A DNA stretch of 64,000 bases, taken from NCBI GenBank assembly GCA_049303675.1, contig JBAQNJ010000001.1, positions 408,711-472,710 of the forward strand, written 5' to 3'. Positions within the stretch are counted from its first letter, which is position 1. Each line of letters begins with the position of its first letter. A program made the translations under genes and the position numbers. Shown here piece by piece: positions 9,587 to 18,962 of this stretch. The stretch is from Microgenomates group bacterium. GTDB taxonomy: Bacteria; Patescibacteriota; Microgenomatia; UBA12405. The notes beneath the pieces were generated by a model. The model did not search any database, was not told the DNA's origin, and saw nothing but the letters and a program-made list of their open reading frames with translations.

Positions 9587-9836
9587 ATTTAGTACCAAAT
9601 TTAAAAAACTGTATAAAAAGGCACCTCTTAAAATAAAAAATGCCTTTGATTTTAGTCTTGAATTATTTTTAAATAATCCAGACAATCCCGTATTGAACAA
9701 TCATCGGTTGATCGGCAATTATCGAGGTTATCGTAGTATTAACGTCAATGGTGATTGGCGAGCAATTTATTCACAATATTCCACAGACGAAATAATATTT
9801 GAATCGATTGGTACTCATAGCCAACTATATCGTTAA
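9576..9836 (+). CDS. YafQ/RelE family mRNA interferase toxin, no canonical start codon (possible pseudogene or non-canonical initiation)
   Basis: Frame 3 reads ...KFKKLYKKAPLKIKNAFDFSLELFLNNPDNPVLNNHRLIGNYRGYRSINVNGDWRAIYSQ...FESIGTHSQLYR. This is close to E. coli YafQ (HPLQGSWKGYRDAHVEPDWILIYK...FERTGTHAALFG). The frame opens at 9570 without ATG/GTG/TTG and is +1 relative to the antitoxin. Confidence 0.5.
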   Translation: MKVRFSTKFKKLYKKAPLKIKNAFDFSLELFLNNPDNPVLNNHRLIGNYRGYRSINVNGDWRAIYSQYSTDEIIFESIGTHSQLYR

Positions 9837-9855
9837 TCTGTTAAAATATACCCTT

Positions 9856-10314
9856 ATGACTCCTATTACTTCCTTGGGGCTATTGACGCTCCAAGAAAAT
9901 TTGAAAAACTTAAAAGCCGAGCTGGTGCGGACTTTTGACGAGCGATCGGCCGCCGCCGCTGAAGGGGATTTAAAGGAAAACTCTGCCTACATCTTCATGA
10001 CCGAGCGGGCCAACGTCCTCCAATCCCAAATTGACCAAGCCTCCGCCGATATCAAGGCCGCTGCTATTATTGTTTCCCCCACCAAAACCGACAAAGTGGC
10101 GCTAGGACATCAGGTCAAAATCTTGTTCAAAAACGACAAAAGAGAACTAACGATCACTTTAGTAGGCAAGAATGACAATGCCCTCAAAAAAGGCTGGATT
10201 TCTGGGGATAGCCCACTCGGTATTGCCATCCTCGGCCGTCCCGCTGGTACCACTGTCACCGTCAACGACCAACCCGTCGCCATAATCGAAATATCTAAAG
10301 GGGATATTGAATAA
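9856..10314 (+). CDS. greA: transcription elongation factor GreA
   Basis: N-terminal coiled-coil domain plus C-terminal FKBP-like domain. Track ORF starts at 9799, overlapping the toxin; the in-frame ATG at 9856 gives 152 aa. Confidence 0.8.
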   Translation: MTPITSLGLLTLQENLKNLKAELVRTFDERSAAAAEGDLKENSAYIFMTERANVLQSQIDQASADIKAAAIIVSPTKTDKVALGHQVKILFKNDKRELTITLVGKNDNALKKGWISGDSPLGIAILGRPAGTTVTVNDQPVAIIEISKGDIE

Positions 10315-10324
10315 CACCTGCATC

Positions 10325-10353
10325 AAAAAACCCGTCTTTCGACGGGTTTTTTT
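10325..10353. terminator. bidirectional rho-independent terminator
   Basis: AAAAAACCCGTC-TTTC-GACGGGTTTTTTT between convergent greA and the RRM gene. Confidence 0.8.
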
Positions 10354-10368
10354 AGATTTAAAGATATT

Positions 10369-10731
10369 TTAGTATCTATCACCACCGCCGTAGCTTCCGC
10401 CACCGCGATTTCCACCGCCATAGCTACTGCCACCACTTCGTTGTGGTCCGCGGGAGTAGTTATCACGTCGTGGGGGTCTTTCTTCCATTGGGCGAGCTTC
10501 GTTTACACGAAGGGTTCGACCTTCGAAGTCTTTACCATCCCACATGGAGATGGCTGCATTCATTACTTCTTCAGACTCAACTTCTACAAATCCAAAACCT
10601 TTGGATTGTCCAGTGAATTTATCTTTAATAACAACTACCGAAACAACTGTTCCGGCTTGCGCGAATGCTTCACGCAAACTATCTTCGGTGGTTTGATAAG
10701 ACAAGCCGCCTACGTACAATTTTTTTACCAT
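10369..10731 (-). CDS. RNA-binding protein with RRM domain and Gly-rich RGG tail
   Basis: RNP-2 LYVGGL and RNP-1 KGFGFVEV; C-terminal GGSSYGGGNRGGG. Confidence 0.9.
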   Translation of the reverse strand: MVKKLYVGGLSYQTTEDSLREAFAQAGTVVSVVVIKDKFTGQSKGFGFVEVESEEVMNAAISMWDGKDFEGRTLRVNEARPMEERPPRRDNYSRGPQRSGGSSYGGGNRGGGSYGGGDRY

Positions 10732-10827
10732 TTTGTAAAAAACTATTAATCTGTAGTGGCCTCTCCCTCAAACTTTACTTCAAAGAATCCTCCCTACAGC
10801 TAGGTATTATACAGTATTCTAGTTTTA

Positions 10828-11178
10828 TTGTACGTTTTGGCTTGTTTTGTGTTATTATCCCAATATATGCCTAAAGTAGATCAGCTTACGACTCAAACAA
10901 TTTTTGTTTTAGCAGATTCAATTAAACAATCTCTCACCAGAGATGCTCGGCTTAGAAACAGATGCCGAACAGTTTTAGAATTAAAGATGCGTGGAGGGAT
11001 TAATGTTGCCAAGCGTGAACTAACTGAACTCACCAAGAGACCATATTTAAGAGAAGAAGACCCCCTTATGCAAGGCTTCTTCAAAAGGCATGAGTTAGGT
11101 GTCTCAACTATCGCCAAAGGCCGTCTCGTCTCTATTTTGGCTCAAGACACTTTGGATAGAAGAAAAATTATTAAATAA
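10828..11178 (+). CDS. hypothetical protein
   Basis: 116-aa ORF, no recognisable motif. Confidence 0.3.
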   Translation: MYVLACFVLLSQYMPKVDQLTTQTIFVLADSIKQSLTRDARLRNRCRTVLELKMRGGINVAKRELTELTKRPYLREEDPLMQGFFKRHELGVSTIAKGRLVSILAQDTLDRRKIIK

Positions 11179-11306
11179 CACATTTATTCTGGCTCAATGA
11201 AAGTTTCGGGATGTTTTTCCAGTCAATGTTGCTGCCCATGCCAGATATTTACGGAGAATTGATCGCTTACTGGACACTACCAGAAATTTTGCTATAATCT
11301 GCCCAT

Positions 11307-11573
11307 ATGACAACCCGGCCAAATCAATTTGACGTTGATAAAAATTTTATCAAAATTAAATCATTAGCTGATAGGGCCATTCAAGTTTTTGAGCAGAGTG
11401 AGCTAACTGTAGCAAAATTTGTCGCCGATGATGCACGCCGAGAATTAGAGATATATGACGCTATTGTTGCTCGTGGCATAATATCAAGACAAGCTCTTAG
11501 ACCTAGCCTTGTTAATGAGGTTGTCAAGACTCAATCGGCCCTTCTAGCAGTCAAGGTCCGTCAAAATCTTTAG
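11307..11573 (+). CDS. hypothetical protein
   Basis: 88-aa ORF. Confidence 0.3.
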   Translation: MTTRPNQFDVDKNFIKIKSLADRAIQVFEQSELTVAKFVADDARRELEIYDAIVARGIISRQALRPSLVNEVVKTQSALLAVKVRQNL

Positions 11574-11628
11574 TTTTTGTTTTATTCATAAATCATACTT
11601 CTTAAATCATGAATCTGTTTTTGCTCTC

Positions 11629-11657
11629 TTGACTTCGGGTTTTATTCGGTTTATATT
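11629..11657 (+). promoter_or_regulatory. sigma70-like promoter TTGACT-N17-TATATT upstream of dinB
   Basis: Consensus-like -35 and -10 hexamers in an AT-rich intergenic region. Confidence 0.45.
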
Positions 11658-11936
11658 AATTTAATTGTTTTTATTTTTGTTTTTTAAATTCTGTTAAATT
11701 TTTAAATTTTATGGTCATTAATTCTCCCGTCTCCGTCATCTCCTCCTACAATCACCATCTCAAAAGTGTTGCTCCTCGCAAAGTTCTCTGGGCCGGCAAA
11801 GAATATTTAATCACCAAAACCGGACTCCATCATACTCATCGCATTGGTCGGACATTATTTCATGTTTTTTCGGTTACCGCCAACCATACTTTTCTTCGCC
11901 TGACTCTCAACACTGACAATTTATTTTGGCAGTTAG

Positions 11937-13172
11937 ATGAGGTCGAGGATGCAGTTTAACCCCGCTCCAGCCTTAGTCATGCACCTCGATATCAATTCTT
12001 GTTTTGCCACCATCGAGCAGCAAGCCAACCCCACTCTTCGCGGTCGGCCCATTGCTGTGGCTGCCTACAATTCCCCGCATGGTTGTATTTTGGCCGCCTC
12101 CGTCGAAGCCAAGAAGCTGGGCATAAAAACAGGCATGCGAGTCAAGGATGGTAAGTCCTTATGTTCTGATCTAGTTATTCTCACCCCCGACACCGCCAAA
12201 TATCGTTTTGTCCATCAGTCACTGCACCAGCTTTTATCTTTTTACACCCCCAATTTAGTTGCTAAATCAATTGATGAATTTGTCCTCAATTTTACTCATA
12301 CTCAGTATCATGATTTGTTCTTTGTTAGTCGCCAAATCAAAGAAAAAATTCGTCAGCAAATAGGGGAATGGCTCACCGTTTCTATTGGTCTTGGCCCCAA
12401 CCGTTTTTTGGCCAAGGTGGCCTCAAATCTAAAAAAACCTGATGGGCTGGAAATAATAAATATTGACAATTATCAGTCTGTCTATTCTCGCCTAGAGTTA
12501 ATGGATCTTCATGGCATCAATACTCATCTCTGTGCTCGTCTTCATGCTGGTAATATTTTTAACGTTTCTGATTTTCTGACATCAGACATCTCTCACCTGA
12601 GATCTGTTTTTCACTCTGTCAACAGTTACTATTGGTATCTGCGTCTGCGTGGTTATGAAATAGACAGTATTGATTTCGGTCGTAAAAGTTTTGGCAACAT
12701 GTATTCTCTGCCCCAAAAATTTTCTAGTCTCGACAAGTTATCACCTGTTCTTCACAAGTTAGTCGCCAAAACTAGTTTTCGTCTCCGTAGTAGTGGCCAT
12801 CATGCTCGTGGTTTTTATCTGGGGCTTCTATATTCTGATCATACATTTTGGCATCATCGTTACTCTTGTCCCCAACCAATTTTTAGTGAGACAGATGTTT
12901 ATCGTATATTTCATCGACTTCTCCTCCGTTCTCCTCTAACTCAAAAAGTCGCCAATATCGCCATAACTTGTTTTGATCTTCGTCAAGACAATACTACCCA
13001 GCTTGATTTATTCAATGTCATTAGTAAAAAAATATGTCTTTCTACCGCCATGGACGATATCAATCGACGTTATGGCAGTTTTGTAATTTCGTCTGCCGGC
13101 ATGATTGGCACTCAGTCTTTGGTTCCCGATAGAATTGGTTTTGGCAACATTGATTCATTGACAGATATTTAA
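11937..13172 (+). CDS. dinB: DNA polymerase IV (Y-family translesion polymerase)
   Basis: HLDINSCFATIEQ (palm domain D...E) and KSIDEFVLN (SIDE motif). The likely start is the ATG at 11979, which aligns with E. coli DinB IIHVDMDCFFAAVE. Confidence 0.8.
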   Translation: MRSRMQFNPAPALVMHLDINSCFATIEQQANPTLRGRPIAVAAYNSPHGCILAASVEAKKLGIKTGMRVKDGKSLCSDLVILTPDTAKYRFVHQSLHQLLSFYTPNLVAKSIDEFVLNFTHTQYHDLFFVSRQIKEKIRQQIGEWLTVSIGLGPNRFLAKVASNLKKPDGLEIINIDNYQSVYSRLELMDLHGINTHLCARLHAGNIFNVSDFLTSDISHLRSVFHSVNSYYWYLRLRGYEIDSIDFGRKSFGNMYSLPQKFSSLDKLSPVLHKLVAKTSFRLRSSGHHARGFYLGLLYSDHTFWHHRYSCPQPIFSETDVYRIFHRLLLRSPLTQKVANIAITCFDLRQDNTTQLDLFNVISKKICLSTAMDDINRRYGSFVISSAGMIGTQSLVPDRIGFGNIDSLTDI

Positions 13173-13211
13173 ACTACCACTACACTAGTAGTAGTTATAA
13201 TAATTAAAATT

Positions 13212-13601
13212 ATGAAAAATATTTATGTCTTTATACTTTTATTAGTATTAGTTGCTGCCTCTGGTTATATAATATTAAAACCCAGCACAGATATTGTCTC
13301 GGCTCCACAAACCACCGTTCTGGTCGCCAGTAAAGTTTTCGATATAAAAGGATTAAATTATAGCTATGACCAAAAGGAAATCAAAGTAAAATTAGGTGAT
13401 GTTGTCCAGATAAACTTTACCAACACCGAAGGGTTTCATGATTTCAAAATTGACGAATTCAATCTCGCCACCCAGCAAATAAAAGCCGGTGAAACCGAAT
13501 CTATTTCTTTTGTCGCCGACAAAGCCGGTACTTTTGAGTACTATTGTAGTGTTGGTCAACACCGTGCCAATGGCATGTTTGGCAATCTGATTGTCGAATA
13601 A
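13212..13601 (+). CDS. membrane-anchored cupredoxin (type 1 copper)-like protein
   Basis: N-terminal TM segment; C-terminal YYCSVGQHRANGMFGNL with Cys-x4-His-x4-Met ligands. Confidence 0.55.
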   Translation: MKNIYVFILLLVLVAASGYIILKPSTDIVSAPQTTVLVASKVFDIKGLNYSYDQKEIKVKLGDVVQINFTNTEGFHDFKIDEFNLATQQIKAGETESISFVADKAGTFEYYCSVGQHRANGMFGNLIVE

Positions 13602-13689
13602 TAAGCTATAATTAATCTCTTATCTGTTTTATCCCCCATTTTTCAAGGGGGGATGTCCGAAGCATAGGCGAGGACAGGGGGGTTTTGAA

Positions 13690-14295
13690 ATGCTCACTGA
13701 AGTATTTTTCGACATCGAGACCAAAAAAATATTCGACGATATTACCACCGGCAATCCTGCCGATTTAGGTATTTCCATTATCTCTGTTTACAAGCGCACT
13801 ATTGATGAAAAGCTCAGAGAAATTTCTGGCCAAATGTTTAGTTTTTGGGAAGAGGATTTTCCTAGTATGTGGCCACTTTTTACCAATGCCGACCGTGTGA
13901 TTGGTTTCAATACCCAACATTTCGACATTCCCGCAGTTGCTCCACTGGCTCCATATGATTTTCAAAAATTAAATCATTTTGACATTATGACCCACGTCAA
14001 AGATGCACTAGGGTTTCGTCTTAGTCTCAACTCTATCGCCAGTGAAAGTTTAGGTGAGACCAAAATTGACCATGGGCTCAATGCCGTCAAATATTGGGCA
14101 CAGCATTCTCCCGAATCGTTGGCCAAACTAAAAAAATATTGTGAGGCCGATGTTGATGTCACCCGCAAAGTTTACGATTACGGGCTGGCCCATGGCTTCC
14201 TCAAATTCAAAGACAAGTGGAATAGTGTCCGTACCCTCGAAGTAAATTTTTCCTATCCCAAGGCAGACATCTCTCCCCAAATGGGATTATTTTAG
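13690..14295 (+). CDS. DEDD-type 3'-5' exonuclease (RNase H-like fold)
   Basis: FFDIETKK (D-x-E exo motif I), GFNTQHFD, CEADVDVTRKVY (exo motif III). Confidence 0.55.
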   Translation: MLTEVFFDIETKKIFDDITTGNPADLGISIISVYKRTIDEKLREISGQMFSFWEEDFPSMWPLFTNADRVIGFNTQHFDIPAVAPLAPYDFQKLNHFDIMTHVKDALGFRLSLNSIASESLGETKIDHGLNAVKYWAQHSPESLAKLKKYCEADVDVTRKVYDYGLAHGFLKFKDKWNSVRTLEVNFSYPKADISPQMGLF

Positions 14296-14363
14296 GATTA
14301 CTTGACAACCACGGTACACCTATAATAGAATAAAAAGGCATTGTTATAAATTTAAAATATATA

Positions 14364-14597
14364 ATGCCCAATCCCCTCAATCGCGATCACCGCTCTCCCG
14401 TTTACAACTCTTTTGGTGCCGAAGGTGGTATTCCACTCGATCCACCAGTAGGTAGAGAAATGGTAGTTTCTGATGCACCAGCCGGTAGAGGAGATAAGAT
14501 GATGCCTATGGGCGGTGGTCCTCCAGTAGTTGACTATAGAGTTCCACAAGAAAGCAAATCTGCACCAAAAGTACTTGACTTATCTAAACTAAAATAA
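14364..14597 (+). CDS. small Pro/Gly-rich hypothetical protein
   Basis: 77-aa ORF, low complexity. Confidence 0.25.
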   Translation: MPNPLNRDHRSPVYNSFGAEGGIPLDPPVGREMVVSDAPAGRGDKMMPMGGGPPVVDYRVPQESKSAPKVLDLSKLK

Positions 14598-14599
14598 AG

Positions 14600-15472
14600 T
14601 TATAGTATTTTACTATCATCTCCATCTGTTTTTGAGGGTTGGTTGATGACATAGACATCCGCTTTGTACTCATCTTGCCCGACATGTTCCGCCTCGCCTC
14701 GGAGCACCATTTCATAGGGGCGACAGCTACGACAGCCACTCTCACCATTGGGGCACTTAAATCTTTCCAACTGTCGTGCCAATTTTATCTGTTTAGCCAC
14801 TTTCAGTATTTTTTCATGCGACTGCGCCAACTCAGGTAATTCTTTTTTTGTCAAACTGTCATTAATTCCCAAATACCAATACCATGCCCCATCCACTTTT
14901 CTTTTTTGACAGTTATGAACTAGCAGGTTGTATATCGGTAATTGCAAGCTATCCACCCCTTCTTCATTCTTACTAGTTTTAAAATCAATAATCTCCACAC
15001 TATCAGTATCAGCATTATATTTAAGCCAATCAATTTTGCCACAGAGAATGATATTATCTTCCTCCGATAGCCAATAGTAGGGGAGTTCCATGTTAATTTT
15101 TACCGCCAATTCTGCCACTGGTCCAGGATTATTTTGTACTCTCCGAATCATTTCCTCTCCTCTGACCTTATATTTATATTCAGTATCTTGATCAAAAAAC
15201 CCTCCCATTTTGCCGCCGACTTTTTTCCATGCTTTTTCAAATTTTTCCAGTAGCGGTTGTTTAAATCTTTCACTTGTTTTTAGTTCCGACAGCGACTCGA
15301 CTACCTCGTGAACAGCCGCCCCCAGTGATAGTGGCGGTGAAACTATTTTTATTTTGTGAGTTGTTGTCGGATCCTTGTAAACGTTACGTAAATAATATCC
15401 TCTCGGACACTCTAAGAAGCTACTAATTGATGAATGCGACACCCAGACTGCACTAAATTTATCTTTGGCCAT
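14600..15472 (-). CDS. PD-(D/E)XK nuclease, Cas4/RecB-like with Fe-S cysteine cluster
   Basis: N-terminal LECPRGYYL (Cas4 CPRxxY motif), IIDFKTSK (D-x-K nuclease motif), and C-terminal FKCPNGESGCRSCRPYE (C-x6-C-x2-C). Track ORF extends to 15670; the likely start is MAKDK near 15472. Confidence 0.6.
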   Translation of the reverse strand: MAKDKFSAVWVSHSSISSFLECPRGYYLRNVYKDPTTTHKIKIVSPPLSLGAAVHEVVESLSELKTSERFKQPLLEKFEKAWKKVGGKMGGFFDQDTEYKYKVRGEEMIRRVQNNPGPVAELAVKINMELPYYWLSEEDNIILCGKIDWLKYNADTDSVEIIDFKTSKNEEGVDSLQLPIYNLLVHNCQKRKVDGAWYWYLGINDSLTKKELPELAQSHEKILKVAKQIKLARQLERFKCPNGESGCRSCRPYEMVLRGEAEHVGQDEYKADVYVINQPSKTDGDDSKIL

Positions 15473-15482
15473 ATAATATATT

Positions 15483-16166
15483 ATGCCATTAATTAGACTC
15501 AATAAATACTTGTCTTCACTCGGAGTAGCCTCGCGCCGCAAAATCGACGAATTTACTATCCAAAAAAGAATTACCATCAACAGCCGTACTGCCGTTCTTG
15601 GAGACAAAGTCGATCCAGAAGTCGACAAAGTTATCGTCGACAAAAAAATTATCAATCCACAGCCGCGCAAACTTGTCTATTATTTACTCAACAAACCAAA
15701 ATATGTTCTCTCTAGTTCTTCCGACGATCGCGGCCGCGATGTTGTTACCAACTATGTTCCCCGCGACATTCGCGTTTTTCCTGTTGGTCGACTCGATTAC
15801 GAATCGACCGGACTAATTTTACTGACCAACGATGGTGACCTATCTCTTCGCCTGACTCACCCTCGCTATCATTTACCCAAAGTTTACTTGGTGACTATTT
15901 TAGGCAAAATTACTCCCCAAAAACTCAAGTCGATGAATGATCCCAGTACCGAAACCGAAATTTACGACCAAAAGTCCAACAAAACTATTTTAAAAGTTAC
16001 CCTGTATACTGGCAAAAAGCGTCAAATTAGATTACTCTGCGCCTCACTTCACCTCTTTTTATTGGAGTTGCACCGTATCAGTATTGGTCCAATTAATATC
16101 AACAATTTAGCTCTCGGCGCTTACCGAGAGCTAAAAGTTAGTGAATTAAAAACTATCCGACTTTAA
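15483..16166 (+). CDS. pseudouridine synthase, RsuA/RluB family
   Basis: N-terminal S4 domain (LNKYLSSLGVASRRK) plus catalytic VGRLDYESTGLILLTNDGDL. Confidence 0.85.
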   Translation: MPLIRLNKYLSSLGVASRRKIDEFTIQKRITINSRTAVLGDKVDPEVDKVIVDKKIINPQPRKLVYYLLNKPKYVLSSSSDDRGRDVVTNYVPRDIRVFPVGRLDYESTGLILLTNDGDLSLRLTHPRYHLPKVYLVTILGKITPQKLKSMNDPSTETEIYDQKSNKTILKVTLYTGKKRQIRLLCASLHLFLLELHRISIGPININNLALGAYRELKVSELKTIRL

Positions 16167-16566
16167 CCTCAATTTCTTTTGGCTTGGCCTCTTCGGCAAT
16201 CTTTGCCTTAATGGTAATTATGCCATTTTTTATTTTGGCACTAATACTTTTAGAATCGATCGGCCGATGTAAGGTCGTCACATAATCAACTGCCGTACTC
16301 ATATCCCATTTTTTGACTACCTTACCTTTTCGCTTCTCTTCTTCTGATTCGCTCGATTCACCGTAGATGTGTAATAAGCCATCTTGATAAGTCACCTTGA
16401 TATCTTTTTGATCAAGTCCGGGGACAGATGCTTCTACTGTTACTTCTGTCTCGCTTTCATCTACGTAGACATTCATTCCACTGTTGGCTTGGAAGTTGGG
16501 TAGGTTTTCCTCATCCCACAGTAGTGGACTCCAATTTAATAACGGTTTGAGAGGTAAATATCTCAT
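16153..16566 (-). CDS. Hsp20/alpha-crystallin small heat-shock protein
   Basis: Alpha-crystallin domain with AKIKNGIITIKAKI (AxxxNGVLTV motif). Confidence 0.85.
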   Translation of the reverse strand: MRYLPLKPLLNWSPLLWDEENLPNFQANSGMNVYVDESETEVTVEASVPGLDQKDIKVTYQDGLLHIYGESSESEEEKRKGKVVKKWDMSTAVDYVTTLHRPIDSKSISAKIKNGIITIKAKIAEEAKPKEIEVKVG

Positions 16567-16578
16567 ATTTTTATAAAT

Positions 16579-16594
16579 TAATTGTTAACAATTA
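16579..16594. promoter_or_regulatory. 16-bp perfect palindrome TAATTGTTAACAATTA upstream of hsp20
   Basis: Lies 13-28 nt upstream of the hsp20 start codon on the minus strand, next to a TATAAA -10-like box. Does not match CIRCE, HAIR or CtsR consensus sequences. Confidence 0.35.
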
Positions 16595-16621
16595 GCAGTA
16601 TAAATATCTACTGCCAGCATG

Positions 16622-17860
16622 TCAAGTACCATGTTGCCAGATCTCTTTGGTCAGCTCCCGATAGCTTTTTGTCTCTACCAATTTATATCCTTTTTCTGTC
16701 AATATTTTCACATGATCTACTCCATGAATTGTTTCGCCATAAGATATTACAGTAATATTTTTTTCAACTATCGGAGATCTGATATCTGATATCTGAATAT
16801 CTGTTTTGTAATATTTCACTGGGTCTGCAAAACTATCAATCATATAGACTTTTTCCGGCAAATCACGGCTCAAACTCTTCCAGTCCTCTCGGTGAAAACT
16901 AAGATTAGCTATATAGATTAATCCCCAAATCAAAAATCCAATAGATATATATTTGTTTTCTTTGATTGCCAATCCCATCAAGGGGATTAGGTAGACAAAT
17001 CTAAAATACTGCAGCATCGGCGTAAACATCGAAAAAATTACCCCAATTCCCAATGTTGTCCAAAACAAATAACTATAAATATTTTTTTTAAATAATTTTG
17101 AAAATACCAAAATAGACCATCCTCCGGCAATCAGGTAGTAAACTATTTTTGGATAAAAGCTAATTCTGCCAGAAGTAAATTTCATGGGTATTAGTAACAT
17201 ATTTTTTATATTAACTTTACCCAGCACCAGACTCCAGTTACTCACCATCGTCAACATCTCTGCCGAATGTTTTATCTGTTCTTTCAGTAGTGGCCACATT
17301 AGTAATATTGCCAGCATTGGACCCAATCCAAACATTATCGCTTCTCTGTATTTTTTGTTGAGCAGTAAATATATACCAATAGCTGCGCTCATAAACACTG
17401 AACCATAAAATATGGTAAATCCTAGTCCACACATTACTCCAGTCCACAGATATTTTTTCTTTACCAAAAAATATATAGCCAGAGTCATTACCATAGTTAC
17501 CAGCGAATACATTCTCGCCTCATGCGAGTAATAGATCAGGAGTGGATTAAATGCCACTAGCATCGCCGCATTTACCCCAGCCATTAGATAGACAACATAT
17601 ATAGTGACCAGACAAAATATTATCGATGGCATCCGCGCCGCCACTTCCGAGTATCCAAATATACTCGTCCATGTTTTTAGAATTAGATAATAAACTGGCG
17701 GGTGAAAATCATACTTCGAAAAGTTAGACACAATTCCGCCATAACTATTATTTTTGACTACGTTTACCGATATCGCCTCATCCAGCCACAACGACTGGTT
17801 GGCGACTGATAGGTACAATCCTAGCGACGCTATTAACAAAAGCCATATCTTCATGTACAC
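16622..17860 (-). CDS. polytopic membrane glycosyltransferase, GT39/GT83 (ArnT/PMT)-like
   Basis: First loop WLDEA...HPPVYY (DE and HPPL motifs of GT-C ArnT/PMT); more than 10 TM segments. Confidence 0.65.
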   Translation of the reverse strand: MYMKIWLLLIASLGLYLSVANQSLWLDEAISVNVVKNNSYGGIVSNFSKYDFHPPVYYLILKTWTSIFGYSEVAARMPSIIFCLVTIYVVYLMAGVNAAMLVAFNPLLIYYSHEARMYSLVTMVMTLAIYFLVKKKYLWTGVMCGLGFTIFYGSVFMSAAIGIYLLLNKKYREAIMFGLGPMLAILLMWPLLKEQIKHSAEMLTMVSNWSLVLGKVNIKNMLLIPMKFTSGRISFYPKIVYYLIAGGWSILVFSKLFKKNIYSYLFWTTLGIGVIFSMFTPMLQYFRFVYLIPLMGLAIKENKYISIGFLIWGLIYIANLSFHREDWKSLSRDLPEKVYMIDSFADPVKYYKTDIQISDIRSPIVEKNITVISYGETIHGVDHVKILTEKGYKLVETKSYRELTKEIWQHGT

Positions 17861-17998
17861 TTAATTTACCATGAAAAAAGTCACCAAATCCAAAAAGCTC
17901 AGTCCTCATGATCTCTCTATCAACAAATCAAATTTTTTTCAGGTAATCTTACTTCTCACCGTCATTCTCGCTTCCATTATTATCATTTTTAGCAAAAT

Positions 17999-18850
17999 AT
18001 GATCGATTGGTTGAAGAAAAATTGGGCCATCATTGCTCTTTTAGTTATTGGTATTTTATGGTTGAAGAATAATTATGCCACTGCGCCTATTATGCCTTAT
18101 TCGGGTGGTGGTGTGGCCATGGACTCAGTTGGTTTTGCCGCTCCCTCTACCAAAATGATGGCTTTCCGCGAGTCAGCCCCGACTGATTCTGCCAATAGGA
18201 TAGTTATTCAAGACACCAGTCTGTCCCTGCAAGTCAAAGATGTTTCCCAAGAAATTACTACCATCGAGACTTTAGCCAAAGGTATGGGTGGATTTTTAGT
18301 CAACTCCAATTTATCCAAGCCTGATTCCGCCGCAAGTGGCAGTATCACTGTCCGAGTCCCCGAGGCTAGTCGTACCGATGCCCTTAATGCCTTCAAAAAA
18401 TTGGCCGTCAAGGTGGTCTCCGAGTCAGTTTATGGCAACGACGTCACCGATTCTTATGTCGATCTTCAGGCCCAGCTCGATGTTCTCACCAAAACTAAAG
18501 TCAAATACGAAGACATTCTCGGTAAAGCAGTCCGAGTCGAGGATTTGCTCAATGTCCAGCAGCAGCTGACCAATCTTCAGCAGCAAATTGACAGCATCAA
18601 GGGTCAGCAAAAATATTATGAGCAATCTGCCAAATTAACCAAAATATCAATCTATTTATCTACCGACGAGTTAGCTCTGCCTTATGCTCCCACCAATACT
18701 TGGCGCCCAGCTGTAGTCTTCAAAGAAGCCGTTCGTTCCCTCATCGGCTCACTCCGATCTTTGGGAAATCTTCTTATCTGGGGAATCGTCTATGTACCAG
18801 TCTTAATCCCAGTTGGATTAGTTTGGTGGTATTTTAAACGACGTGACTAA
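17999..18850 (+). CDS. DUF4349-like membrane-anchored protein
   Basis: N-terminal TM, central coiled coil (VRVPEASRTDALNAF...YVDLQAQLDVLT...LTNLQQQIDSIKGQ...ISIYL), C-terminal TM. Confidence 0.55.
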   Translation: MIDWLKKNWAIIALLVIGILWLKNNYATAPIMPYSGGGVAMDSVGFAAPSTKMMAFRESAPTDSANRIVIQDTSLSLQVKDVSQEITTIETLAKGMGGFLVNSNLSKPDSAASGSITVRVPEASRTDALNAFKKLAVKVVSESVYGNDVTDSYVDLQAQLDVLTKTKVKYEDILGKAVRVEDLLNVQQQLTNLQQQIDSIKGQQKYYEQSAKLTKISIYLSTDELALPYAPTNTWRPAVVFKEAVRSLIGSLRSLGNLLIWGIVYVPVLIPVGLVWWYFKRRD

Positions 18851-18962
18851 TTCGCACCCCAATATTATTCTTCCAGATCTCAGTTTGGATTACGGTTTAT
18901 TCCTAGATTTAAAAGCACTTCTATTATTGTTTTTCATAATTGTCACAAACTTCTAATTAACA

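Noticed and set aside
11711-11959. 82-aa ORF immediately upstream of and overlapping dinB
   Set aside because: No motif, overlaps the promoter-proximal region and the dinB start. Possibly a real leader peptide but unsupported, so left unannotated.
13602-13689. Hairpin ATCCCCC-ATTTTTCAA-GGGGGAT after the cupredoxin gene as a rho-independent terminator or riboswitch
   Set aside because: The stem is present but no T-run follows directly (next comes GTCCGAAGC...GGGGGGTTTT). The structure is ambiguous and no known riboswitch consensus was recognised.
14296-14363. TTGACA...TATAAT promoter upstream of the 77-aa ORF
   Set aside because: The hexamers are perfect but separated by only 13 nt, outside the functional 16-18 nt spacing.
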